Assembly: GCA_035518815.1 (NCBI GenBank)
Contig: DATIXG010000082.1
Span: forward strand, 65,398-129,397
From: Gemmatimonadales bacterium
GTDB taxonomy: Bacteria; Gemmatimonadota; Gemmatimonadetes; Gemmatimonadales; GWC2-71-9
DNA length: 64,000 bases
Direction of reading: 5' to 3'
The notes beneath the pieces were generated by a model. The model searched no databases and was not told where the DNA came from. It saw nothing but the letters and a program-made list of their open reading frames with translations. The translations under genes were made by a program, and so were the position numbers. Position 1 is the first letter of the stretch. Each line of letters begins with the position of its first letter. Below are positions 37,052-45,439 of this stretch, piece by piece.

Positions 37052-38523
37052 GCCGGGGAGGTGAACCGCGCGGCGCGGTGGACGCCTCGAGCCGCGTCGA
37101 GCGCATTGATGCCTACCGCTGGCGCGTGCCGCGGCGTGGCGGCATGCGGACCGAAGGGCTCATCTTCGCGGATCAGGAGCTGATGGCCGGCCTTGTGGAC
37201 GATCAGGCGATCGAGCAGGTGGCCAACGTCGCGCACCTGCCCGGCATCGTGGGGCCGTCCATCGCCATGCCGGACATCCACTGGGGATACGGCTTTCCCA
37301 TCGGAGGCGTCGCCGCGTTCGATGCGAGCGATGGCGTGGTGTCGCCGGGTGGCGTGGGCTACGACATCAACTGCGGCGTCCGATTGCTCGCCACGCCCCT
37401 CGGCATCGCCGACGTTCGACCCCGTCTCGCCGCCCTGATGGATGCCTTGTTCGCCGCCATCCCCTCGGGCGTGGGGGCGGCGCGGTCGGACGTGAAACTG
37501 TCACGGCCCGACCTGGATGGGGTGCTCCGCGACGGCGCGCGCTGGGCGGTGGCGCGAGGGTACGGGCGCGACGGCGATCTCGAGGCCATCGAGGCCAACG
37601 GCACGCTCCCCGACGCCGAAGCCGCCTCGGTCTCCGACCGCGCCAAGGAGCGCGGCAAGAGCCAGCTGGGCACGGTCGGGAGCGGCAATCATTTCGTGGA
37701 GGTCGGTTACGTCGCCGAGCGCTTCGACGAGCGGGCGGCGGACCGGCTGGGGCTCGCGCCGGGCATCGTCACCATCTTCATTCACTCCGGCTCCCGCGGG
37801 CTGGGCTACCAGGTGTGCGACGATTCCCTGCAGGCCATGCTGGCGGCTGCGGACCGGTACAACATCACCTTGCCAGACAAGCAACTCTGCTGCGCGCCGC
37901 TCCACTCCCCGGAGGGACGGCATTACTGGGGCGCGATGAACGCGGCCGCGAACTACGCGTTCGCCAATCGCCAGATGATGGCCCACTATGCGAGGGGAGC
38001 GGTGGCCCAGGTGCTCGGCCAGACGGCTGCTGAGGGCACCCGGCTCGTGTACGACGTGTGTCACAACATCGCCAAGCACGAGACCCATGACGTGGCCGGG
38101 CGTCCGCGGCGGTTGTGCGTTCACCGCAAGGGCGCCACCCGGGCCTTTCCGCCGAGGCATCCCGACCTGGCCCCGCAGTTCCGCGACCTGGGGCAGCCGG
38201 TGCTCATTCCCGGCGACATGGGACGCTGCTCGTACGTGTTGCTGGGAACGGATGGTGCGTATCGCGAGACGTTCGGCTCGAGCTGTCATGGCGCCGGGCG
38301 CCGCCTCAGCCGCCACCGGGCCAAGCAGCTGGCCCGCTCGCGCAACATTCCCAGGGAGCTCGAGGCCCAGGGTATTCTCGTCCGGGCGGCGACCCGCGCC
38401 ACCGTCGACGAGGAAATGCCCGAGGCGTACAAAGACGTGACCCGCGTCGTCGATGTCGTCCACGCGGCGGGAATCGGCCGCAAGGTCGCCCAGCTCAAGC
38501 CCATCGGCGTGGTCAAGGGCTGA
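37048..38523 (+). CDS. rtcB: RNA-splicing ligase RtcB
   Basis: 491 aa with PDIHWGYGFPIGGV, GGVGYDINCGVR, HSGSRGLGYQV and VCHNIAKHE. Confidence 0.9.
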   Translation: MSRGGEPRGAVDASSRVERIDAYRWRVPRRGGMRTEGLIFADQELMAGLVDDQAIEQVANVAHLPGIVGPSIAMPDIHWGYGFPIGGVAAFDASDGVVSPGGVGYDINCGVRLLATPLGIADVRPRLAALMDALFAAIPSGVGAARSDVKLSRPDLDGVLRDGARWAVARGYGRDGDLEAIEANGTLPDAEAASVSDRAKERGKSQLGTVGSGNHFVEVGYVAERFDERAADRLGLAPGIVTIFIHSGSRGLGYQVCDDSLQAMLAAADRYNITLPDKQLCCAPLHSPEGRHYWGAMNAAANYAFANRQMMAHYARGAVAQVLGQTAAEGTRLVYDVCHNIAKHETHDVAGRPRRLCVHRKGATRAFPPRHPDLAPQFRDLGQPVLIPGDMGRCSYVLLGTDGAYRETFGSSCHGAGRRLSRHRAKQLARSRNIPRELEAQGILVRAATRATVDEEMPEAYKDVTRVVDVVHAAGIGRKVAQLKPIGVVKG

Positions 38524-38524
38524 T

Positions 38525-40414
38525 ATGACGCCCGGTGCCGAACGGCGCAGCGCCCGCTATGCCGCGCTCCTCGCGCTCGCCGCGCTCGGGGTCGTCTATG
38601 GCGATATCGGTACGAGCCCGCTGTACTCGGTCCGCGAGGCGTTCCACGGGCCTCACGCCATTGCCCTCACGCCCGGTAACGTGCTGGGTGTGCTCTCGCT
38701 GATCTTCTGGGCACTCGTACTGGTCGTGACGATCAAATACCACATCGTGATCATCCGCGCTGACAACAAGGGCGAAGGGGGCGTACTCGCCCTGATGGCG
38801 CTCATCCAGGGAAACCGCGGGGCGCGGGGCCTGTCCCCTCGCCATGTCGTCATGGTGCTCGGAATGTTCGGCGCCGCTCTCATGTACGCTGATGGCGCCC
38901 TGACACCGGCGATCTCGGTGCTGAGCGCGGTCGAGGGGCTCGAAGTCGCGACTCCGGCCCTGGCGGAGTGGGTAGTGCCCATCACGACGGTGATCCTGGT
39001 CGGCCTGTTCCTCCTCCAGCACCGAGGCACAGCCCGCGTCGGGGCAGTGTTCGGGCCGGTGATGCTGGTCTGGTTCGCGAGCCTAGCGGTCCTGGGCGTG
39101 CGGGGCATCCTCGGCGCGCCGGGCGTGCTGGCCGCGGTGTCGCCGCTCGAGGCCATTCGGTTCATCGCGGAGGACCCCCACCGCGCGCTGATCGTGCTCG
39201 GCGCGGTCTTTCTCGTTGTCACCGGCGGCGAGGCGCTGTATGCGGACCTGGGGCATTTTGGCCACAGCGCCATCCAACATGCGTGGTTCACAATCCCCCT
39301 CCCGGCCCTCATGCTCAACTATTTCGGCCAGGGGGCGTTGCTCCTCCGACATCCGGAGGCGGCCGTGAATCCGTTCTACCTCCTGTCGCCGGACTGGGCC
39401 CTGTATCCGCTCATCGCGCTCGCCACAGCCGCCACGATCATTGCGGCTCAAGCCGTGATCACGGGGGCCTTCTCGCTCACGCGGCAGGCTGTGCAGCTCG
39501 GATACTGTCCCCGCGTGCAGATCGAGCACACCTCCTCGCGCGAGATGGGCCAGATCTACGTTCCGGCGGTGAACTGGGGGCTGATGCTCCTCACGTGCGC
39601 CATCGTGTTCGGGTTCCGCACATCGAGCAACATCGCAGGCGCGTACGGCGTCGCGCTCTCGACCCTGATGGTCATCACTACGCTCATGTTCTACGTCATG
39701 AGCCGGGATGTGTGGGGATGGAGTCCGTTGCGCGCGAGTCTCGTCGCCGGGCTGTTCCTCCTCCTCGACCTGCCGTTCCTGATCGGGAACGCGTTGAAGA
39801 TCCCGCACGGCGGCTGGTTCCCGTTGGTGCTGAGCGCGGGCATCTACCTGCTGCTCACGACGTGGAAGTTGGGACGCGAAATCCTCGTCCGACGGATGCA
39901 GGAGAAGACCGTACCCCTCACCATGCTGCTCGCCGATCTGGCGGCGGAACCGCCGACGCGCGTGCCGGGCACGGCAGTCTTCATGTACGGCACGACCGAC
40001 GGCACTCCACCCCCCTTCGTGCACAATCTGGCGCACAACAAGGTCGTCCACGAGAAGGTGGTCTTTCTGACCGTCGTCACGCGCGAAGAGCCGCATGTCC
40101 CCCTCGCCGAGCGCGTGGAGGTCAAGCGCCTCGGCAAAGGATTCCATCGCGTCACCGCCTTCTACGGGTTCATGCAGGACCCGCACATCGAGGAGATTCT
40201 CGAGGCCTGCAAGCCGCAGGGACTCAACATCCCGATCGCGGGGACGACGTTTTTCCTGGGCCGCGAGACGCTCATCGCCGCGGATCGCCCGGGCATGCCG
40301 ATCTGGCGGGAGAAGATCTTCGCGTTCATGTCACGCAACGCGCTCCGCGCCACCGCGTTCTTCCGCATTCCGGCGGAGCAGGTATTCGAAGTCGGGACAC
40401 AGGTGGAGCTGTAG
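38525..40414 (+). CDS. kup: KUP/HAK/KT potassium uptake protein
   Basis: ATG 38525. LGVVYGDIGTSPLYS and VTGGEALYADLGHFG motifs, a 12-TM core and a cytoplasmic C-terminal domain. Confidence 0.9.
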   Translation: MTPGAERRSARYAALLALAALGVVYGDIGTSPLYSVREAFHGPHAIALTPGNVLGVLSLIFWALVLVVTIKYHIVIIRADNKGEGGVLALMALIQGNRGARGLSPRHVVMVLGMFGAALMYADGALTPAISVLSAVEGLEVATPALAEWVVPITTVILVGLFLLQHRGTARVGAVFGPVMLVWFASLAVLGVRGILGAPGVLAAVSPLEAIRFIAEDPHRALIVLGAVFLVVTGGEALYADLGHFGHSAIQHAWFTIPLPALMLNYFGQGALLLRHPEAAVNPFYLLSPDWALYPLIALATAATIIAAQAVITGAFSLTRQAVQLGYCPRVQIEHTSSREMGQIYVPAVNWGLMLLTCAIVFGFRTSSNIAGAYGVALSTLMVITTLMFYVMSRDVWGWSPLRASLVAGLFLLLDLPFLIGNALKIPHGGWFPLVLSAGIYLLLTTWKLGREILVRRMQEKTVPLTMLLADLAAEPPTRVPGTAVFMYGTTDGTPPPFVHNLAHNKVVHEKVVFLTVVTREEPHVPLAERVEVKRLGKGFHRVTAFYGFMQDPHIEEILEACKPQGLNIPIAGTTFFLGRETLIAADRPGMPIWREKIFAFMSRNALRATAFFRIPAEQVFEVGTQVEL

Positions 40415-40423
40415 GAAAGGGCA

Positions 40424-40459
40424 AGCCCCCGGGACGGCCCAGAAGGCCGCCCGGGGGCT
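40424..40459. terminator. Long GC hairpin after kup (10-bp outer + 5-bp inner stem)
   Basis: AGCCCCCGGG...CGGCC-CAGAA-GGCCG...CCCGGGGGCT. There is no T-run on the plus side; CCCTTTCC follows on the minus side. Confidence 0.5.
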
Positions 40460-41015
40460 CAGCACACCGGCTACCCGGAGCCGGGGGATTGCTCCCTCGT
40501 TCTTCATCCTGCCGCCGCCGGTTGACTGATGCGTCGCTCGGTAGGGCGAACAGGAGCTCCGGCTTTGATCCCCAAGCAGCCTGGCCGGGCCGCAAGGTTC
40601 ACCGGTATGGGTGCTACGGCTCAGATCGGGTCGCGGACCGACCTTCCGCACTGCTCGCCGAGGCACCGCGTCGGCGAGGATGGGCACACGCGACTGGCCC
40701 CATCTGTCCAAGCCGGAGAGCTAGCTCCCGGATCGCCGGCCGCCTGAGCCCTTGTTTGCGTCGGCGGCCTCCCCGGAATTTCCGCTCGGACCCACCCTGA
40801 AGGCGTTGTCAAAGCGCGAGGCTTCGACCCTTCCCTGCAAGGTGCGTGGACGCCAATATAGGGGCCCCACGAAACCGCGCAAGTGCCGATGTTTCTTCGG
40901 GTTAGCTCACTTCACTGTGAATCGCATGTGGACACTAACCCACGCCTTCACCAGCCCTTGCACGAGCCATCCACATAATGTGGAGTGATCAATCCACAAT
41001 CCGTCCACGGACCGA

Positions 41016-41471
41016 CTAGGAGGGTTGTCCGACTCGGTGCTGGAACGTGCGAGCGGCGCCTCGGTATCGACGGATGGCGTCATCCAGACGCGCGAGGCGG
41101 TACGGCGCCCACGCGGCCAGGGAGTCCACCTTGCGGTACCCTACCCCAGTCGTGAAATCGGCGGCGCAAACATTGAGCGCGGTGCGGAGGGACGTGAGTT
41201 CGTGGCGCAGTTGAGAGTCGAGCGAGTCGGCAGCGAGGCGCTGACCCTGCGCGGCAGCGCTGGCGCAGTGCCGCTGGACCCGGGCCGCCCGCGAAAGCAC
41301 CAGGTCGGGAGAAGCGTGATTCAGGTCTGCGCGAAACGCCGTCGTAGCGGCAGAAACCGCTGTCAGCGAGTCGTCGAATGCTTTGAGGGCCGCGAGCCGC
41401 TGCGTCCGCGCGGCGGAGTCCGGAATCTGGGCGTGGAGGATCGCGGTGAGCGCGATCAACGGGCCCAGCAT
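41016..41471 (-). CDS. Hypothetical helical protein with two Cys, short signal-like N-terminus
   Basis: 151 aa. It starts 1 nt after the stop of the upstream gene. Helical A/L/R-rich sequence with C69 and C102. Confidence 0.5.
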   Translation of the reverse strand: MLGPLIALTAILHAQIPDSAARTQRLAALKAFDDSLTAVSAATTAFRADLNHASPDLVLSRAARVQRHCASAAAQGQRLAADSLDSQLRHELTSLRTALNVCAADFTTGVGYRKVDSLAAWAPYRLARLDDAIRRYRGAARTFQHRVGQPS

Positions 41472-41472
41472 G

Positions 41473-42093
41473 TTACAGATCTATGCCGACTTCGTCGTAG
41501 CGGTAGGCGTCCTGGGAATCCGTCGACCCGAACAAGCAGCCCGCGCCTCCCGCAGCGAACCATCCGGCAACGAGCTGTGTGGCGCCCGGCTGGGCGGTGT
41601 CGGCGAACAGTGCCCGCAGCCAGCGGCTGATATGACGAAGCTCCGGCGCGCGCCGCGAGAGGAGCGCCAGCACGGCGCCGGTACCCTGCGTGGCGCGGAG
41701 AAAATGGGCCATCGCGTGCGCGCGCTGCGCGAAGCTGTACGCGCGCACACCCGGCTGGTCGAAGAGGAGCGTGCTCTCGTACGGATCGGCCGGTGGCGCG
41801 TCCATCCGGGGCCCGAAATAGACGTAGACCCGCTCCTCCCCCTCGCGGCGCTCGACGACGACGGCTGCCGAGTCCGGGCTCAGGCGCGCCGCGTGGATCA
41901 CATCGCCGTCGACGAGGATGCCGACGGCCATGGTCCACTCGATCGCCGCAAGTCCCTGATCCAGCGGGCATCCGACCGCGTCATCGTACGCGAGCAACCG
42001 CGGGGCGGCCCCGGCCCGGAGGAAGAAATGCGCCAGGGCATCGGCACGGTCGTCGAAGATCCGGGTTTGCCGTGAGGTTGCGGGAACCGTCAT
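41473..42093 (-). CDS. Hypothetical cytoplasmic protein (206 aa)
   Basis: ATG 42091-42093. The protein-like C-terminal 206 aa of track ORF 41473-42585; the upstream part overlaps the divergent gene and is Pro/Arg-rich. Confidence 0.5.
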   Translation of the reverse strand: MTVPATSRQTRIFDDRADALAHFFLRAGAAPRLLAYDDAVGCPLDQGLAAIEWTMAVGILVDGDVIHAARLSPDSAAVVVERREGEERVYVYFGPRMDAPPADPYESTLLFDQPGVRAYSFAQRAHAMAHFLRATQGTGAVLALLSRRAPELRHISRWLRALFADTAQPGATQLVAGWFAAGGAGCLFGSTDSQDAYRYDEVGIDL

Positions 42094-42139
42094 GGCGGGA
42101 TTATAACCCACACCTAGACCATCTGACAGAGGAGCTTCG

Positions 42140-42652
42140 ATGCGTGTGCTCACGCTGGCCATGTGGCTGATCGCCAGCAGCGCCGCCGCCCAAGAGCCCG
42201 TGGCGGTGAGCGCCGAGTCGGCGCGCACGGAATCCGTTCCCGCGCCCCCACCACCCAGTCCGGAGCAGCTGAAGTATCTCGATGGGCTCAAGACGGCGGG
42301 TCGAGGGGTCGCGCAGCTCAAGTCTGGTGTGACGAGCGTCGCGAACGCAGGGCGCGATACGACCAAGCTCAAGCTCGCCGGCCGGCGCCTCGGCGGTCTG
42401 TGCGGGGCCGCCCGTGGCTTCATGTCGAGCGGCCGATCCAAGATGCAGGCCAACGCGTATGCCGACTCGACCCAGCTCAGGGCGCGTCGCCTCGCCACGC
42501 AGATCGACACGCTGGTGAAGGTTGCTGGCCGGTGCGAATCGAGCGCCGCCAGGCAGACGGACAGCACTGCTAGTGCCGTCCTCAATGGGCTCCGCGCCTA
42601 CGAGGCCGCCCTGCGTGATTTCCGAGGAGCCATCGGCCTCCCGAATCACTGA
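42140..42652 (+). CDS. Secreted helical protein with two Cys, unknown function
   Basis: GAGGAG lies 6-11 nt upstream of ATG 42140. Signal peptide MRVLTLAMWLIASSAAAQ. Architecture resembles 41016-41471. Confidence 0.6.
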   Translation: MRVLTLAMWLIASSAAAQEPVAVSAESARTESVPAPPPPSPEQLKYLDGLKTAGRGVAQLKSGVTSVANAGRDTTKLKLAGRRLGGLCGAARGFMSSGRSKMQANAYADSTQLRARRLATQIDTLVKVAGRCESSAARQTDSTASAVLNGLRAYEAALRDFRGAIGLPNH

Positions 42653-42706
42653 GCCCGGCCGCCAGGTGTCGGCGTGATGTCAGCATACTGTCATTACTGG
42701 CCGTGA

Positions 42707-42735
42707 TTGACAGCACGAAAAGCGGGCTCTAGCTT
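42707..42735 (+). promoter_or_regulatory. Candidate sigma70 promoter of the cold-shock gene (TTGACA-N17-TAGCTT)
   Basis: TTGACA 42707-42712 and TAGCTT 42730-42735. Predicts a ~150-nt 5' UTR, as is usual for cspA-type genes. Confidence 0.45.
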
Positions 42736-42893
42736 TTGCCCCGGTTCAAGCAATACGTGGCACCGTCACCGGTTTGTCTGCGCACCGCGAGGACCATATG
42801 TCTCGCGGTTTTTGTTTGAGCCCGTCTCTGGTCGCGGTGACCTGAGCCGTTCTTTCCCGGGGCAGTGCCCCTCAGTGCCGAGGTTCAAACGGT

Positions 42894-43094
42894 ATGGCAA
42901 AGGGTAAAGTGAAGTGGTTCAACGACGCGAAGGGCTTTGGCTTCATCGCACAGGAGTCGGGTCCGGACGTGTTCGTCCACTTCACGGCGATCCAGGCCGA
43001 GGGCTTTCGCAGCCTCGCCGAGGGCGACACAGTGGAGTTCGAGGTCGCTCAGGGTCCCAAGGGTTTGCAGGCCCAGAACGTTCGTAAGGTCTGA
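42894..43094 (+). CDS. csp: Cold-shock protein (CspA family)
   Basis: [33 protein letters not shown]; RNP1 and RNP2 motifs are present. Confidence 0.95.
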   Translation: MAKGKVKWFNDAKGFGFIAQESGPDVFVHFTAIQAEGFRSLAEGDTVEFEVAQGPKGLQAQNVRKV

Positions 43095-43113
43095 GCCAAG
43101 TCCGTCGTCGAAG

Positions 43114-43144
43114 CGGGCCCGGGTCACCGGGCCCGTTTCGTTTT
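43114..43144 (+). terminator. Rho-independent terminator of csp
   Basis: 9-bp stem CGGGCCCGG/CCGGGCCCG, loop GTCA, then TTTCGTTTT. Confidence 0.8.
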
Positions 43145-43164
43145 CCGTACCTTATATTGGCTCC

Positions 43165-43692
43165 ATGACGCTTGCCCCGCGCGCAGTCCTGCTGCTCGCC
43201 GTCGGCGCTCTCGGCGCGAGCCCGGTGCCCCCACCCACCTACCGCGGCTTCTCCCCGGGCATGAGCTACCGCACCTTCGCAGACCGCGCTCGCACCCTCG
43301 CCGCGCGAGACACGCTGCGCTGCAATACATCCGCGAGCACCGCGCAGCTGATGGAGTGCGGGGTGAAGATCCGAGACCCGAAGGATAGCGCGCGGTTCTA
43401 CCTGAGCGCGTACGTGATCGAAGGGCGGATCGCCATGGTGGCGCTGTTCGACTCGGCAGGCTTCGGCGACAATAAAGGGGTCGCCCTCGTCGACCGCACC
43501 AAGCGCGACCTGACGCGGCAGTTCGGACAGCCCCATCCACTCGGCGCGAGCAGCGTGCAGTGGGCATACGGCCGCCAGGTCGTTCGCTTCAGCTGGCGTG
43601 GCCGGAAAACGGCGCGCTGGATCTCGATCACTCTGTCCGACAACGACGTCATGGATGGCATTTCGCGCTACGTAAAGCGATCCCCTCCTTAG
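43165..43692 (+). CDS. Secreted hypothetical protein
   Basis: ATG 43165, signal peptide MTLAPRAVLLLAVGALGA, 175 aa. Confidence 0.55.
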   Translation: MTLAPRAVLLLAVGALGASPVPPPTYRGFSPGMSYRTFADRARTLAARDTLRCNTSASTAQLMECGVKIRDPKDSARFYLSAYVIEGRIAMVALFDSAGFGDNKGVALVDRTKRDLTRQFGQPHPLGASSVQWAYGRQVVRFSWRGRKTARWISITLSDNDVMDGISRYVKRSPP

Positions 43693-43706
43693 CGCGTCCC
43701 ACAACG

Positions 43707-45377
43707 TCAGTAAGTCAGTTCGACCGCGCCGCTGTTGGGTGAAACCCGGGCCGCGAAGTCACCGCGGTCGCTGTGGGGGCCAGTGTAGGGGTGCGCGACG
43801 TTGTAGGCGGCCACGCTCGAGTTCGCATAGAGGCGGTAATAGCCGATGTGGGCCCGGACCGCACCGCGGGGCACCAGGCAGCCGCAGCGGACGGCCGCCG
43901 CGGTCCCGGGGTTTACTTCGAGGGTGACGTCCGAGGCCGTCGTGTTCGTCACCAGCGGCGCGAAGTACCGCTGGCCGTCGACGAGCGGGGTCAATTCCGA
44001 GACGTGCCGCCCCAGGCGCGTCGTAACGGCCGGCATCGGCCCTTCCATCGCTTCGCCGAGCGGCGGATTCCCCGGACGGAGCACTCGCCACGTCATCGGC
44101 ACGCCCGCGCGACGAGGTACCCAGACCTTCACGGTCTTCCCGGGACCGACGGTATCGGCAGGGGCCCCGTTTCTCACGATCTGCACGGGCTCGACAAGGG
44201 AATTCTCGACCCACACGGCGGAGCGACCTCCGAACGCCGCCCGCCACGCGTAGAGCCCGAGGGCGCCAATCGCGACGCCGCAAATCCACCATGCCCACAC
44301 GCGCAGCCGGCGGGACCCGCCACCGCCCGCCGAGCGCCGCAGCTCACGCTCCACGGTCTGCGAGCCGACAAGCCGCGCCGAGCCGCTCGCTTGGCCTGCT
44401 GTGAGCGCGGCGAGCACGGCGTCCGCACTCTGAAAGCGCTCGTCCGGCTTCTTGGCCAGACACTTGAGGATCACGTCGGACAGCCAGCGGGGGATCTTGG
44501 CATTCACTTCGCTTGCGACCGGCACCGGATCGGCGAGGTGCTTCCCGACGATCTCGGCGCTCGACTTGCCATCGTAGGGCGGCGCGCCGGTCACCATCTG
44601 GAACAGCATCGCGCCGAACGCGTACAGGTCGCTCCGGCCGTCCAGGTCCGCCTGCCCGAGCGCCTGCTCGGGACTCATGTACTGCACGGTCCCGACGGTG
44701 AACCCCGTCGCGGTCTTGCTGCCGCCGGCGCCAGGATCGAGCAATTTCGCGATGCCGAAATCGACGAGCAGCACGCGCCCCGTGGTCGCTTCGAGCATCA
44801 CGTTGTCGGGCTTGATGTCGCGGTGCACGAGCCCCTGCGTGTGCGCATGCGCGAGCGCCTGCAGGATCGGCTCGGCCACGCGCAGCGCTTCTGCGACCGG
44901 CAACATCCCGCGACGCCGCAACGTCTCCGCTAGCGACTCGCCTTCGATGAACGGCATGACATAGTAGACCAGGCCCTCACCGTCGCCCGTAAAATGGATC
45001 GGCAGGATCGCCGGGTGCTGGAGTCGCGCCAGCGCTTTCGCCTCCTGGCGGAACCGCGCGATCATCCCCGGAGTCCACGCGATTTCGGGGTGGAGCACCT
45101 TGCAAGCGAGCCGTCGATCCAGATCCAGGTCCCCGACCTCGTAGACCTCGGCGAATCCGCCCTGACCCACCAGCCGGCGCACCTCGTACTTGGAGCCGAG
45201 CGCCCGGGCGAGTCGCGTACTCGTCGCCTCCCCGATCGCCGACGCGACGCTGACCGGCGTCACCGTCGCTCGCTCGCTCGAAATCACTGTTGGGGACGGT
45301 TTGCCGCAGGAGGGACAGAAGGCGGACCCTGTGGGAATCTCCGCCCTGCAAGACGGACACGTGAGCTGGATCGACAC
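43707..45377 (-). CDS. Ser/Thr protein kinase with N-terminal zinc ribbon, one TM and an extracytoplasmic C-terminal domain
   Basis: CPSCRAEIPTGSAFCPSCG, a Hanks kinase core (GQGGFAEVYEV, HRDIKPDN, DFGIAK, SPEQ) and TM segment WAWWICGVAIGALGLYAW. Start set at GTG 45375-45377 to avoid overlap with the divergent gene. Confidence 0.8.
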   Translation of the reverse strand: MSIQLTCPSCRAEIPTGSAFCPSCGKPSPTVISSERATVTPVSVASAIGEATSTRLARALGSKYEVRRLVGQGGFAEVYEVGDLDLDRRLACKVLHPEIAWTPGMIARFRQEAKALARLQHPAILPIHFTGDGEGLVYYVMPFIEGESLAETLRRRGMLPVAEALRVAEPILQALAHAHTQGLVHRDIKPDNVMLEATTGRVLLVDFGIAKLLDPGAGGSKTATGFTVGTVQYMSPEQALGQADLDGRSDLYAFGAMLFQMVTGAPPYDGKSSAEIVGKHLADPVPVASEVNAKIPRWLSDVILKCLAKKPDERFQSADAVLAALTAGQASGSARLVGSQTVERELRRSAGGGGSRRLRVWAWWICGVAIGALGLYAWRAAFGGRSAVWVENSLVEPVQIVRNGAPADTVGPGKTVKVWVPRRAGVPMTWRVLRPGNPPLGEAMEGPMPAVTTRLGRHVSELTPLVDGQRYFAPLVTNTTASDVTLEVNPGTAAAVRCGCLVPRGAVRAHIGYYRLYANSSVAAYNVAHPYTGPHSDRGDFAARVSPNSGAVELTY

Positions 45378-45439
45378 GGCACTAAGATTCGCTTCGGAGG
45401 TTCCGGGGGCAACAGTGACGAAGGGGTTATCTTGGCCCC

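Noticed and set aside
38968-40800. 610-aa plus-strand ORF in an alternative frame of kup, extending into the intergenic gap
   Set aside because: kup (frame of 38525) has the diagnostic KUP motifs. The alternative frame is Arg/Pro/Gly-rich and has no start context.
40460-40850. RNase P RNA (rnpB) call on the minus strand
   Set aside because: Blocks resembling CR-I to CR-V occur in the right order. However, the near-invariant GAGGAAAGUCCGGGC and ACAGAACCCGGCUUA are not matched (GCGGAAATTCCGGGG and GCAATCCCCCGGCTCC instead), and I could not build P1/P2/P4 pairings by hand. Kept only as a hypothesis to test with a covariance model.
40752-40988. 78-aa plus-strand ORF in the kup-downstream gap
   Set aside because: It has a TTG start without an SD, mixed low third-position G+C towards its end, and a Cys/Arg/Thr-rich non-protein-like sequence. 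It spans the promoter-like and TCCACA elements.
40927-41008. Chromosomal replication origin (oriC), suggested by the DnaA-box-like repeats
   Set aside because: There is no dnaA/dnaN/gidA-type neighbourhood and no AT-rich unwinding element. Only the TCCACA core, not the full TTATCCACA, is repeated.
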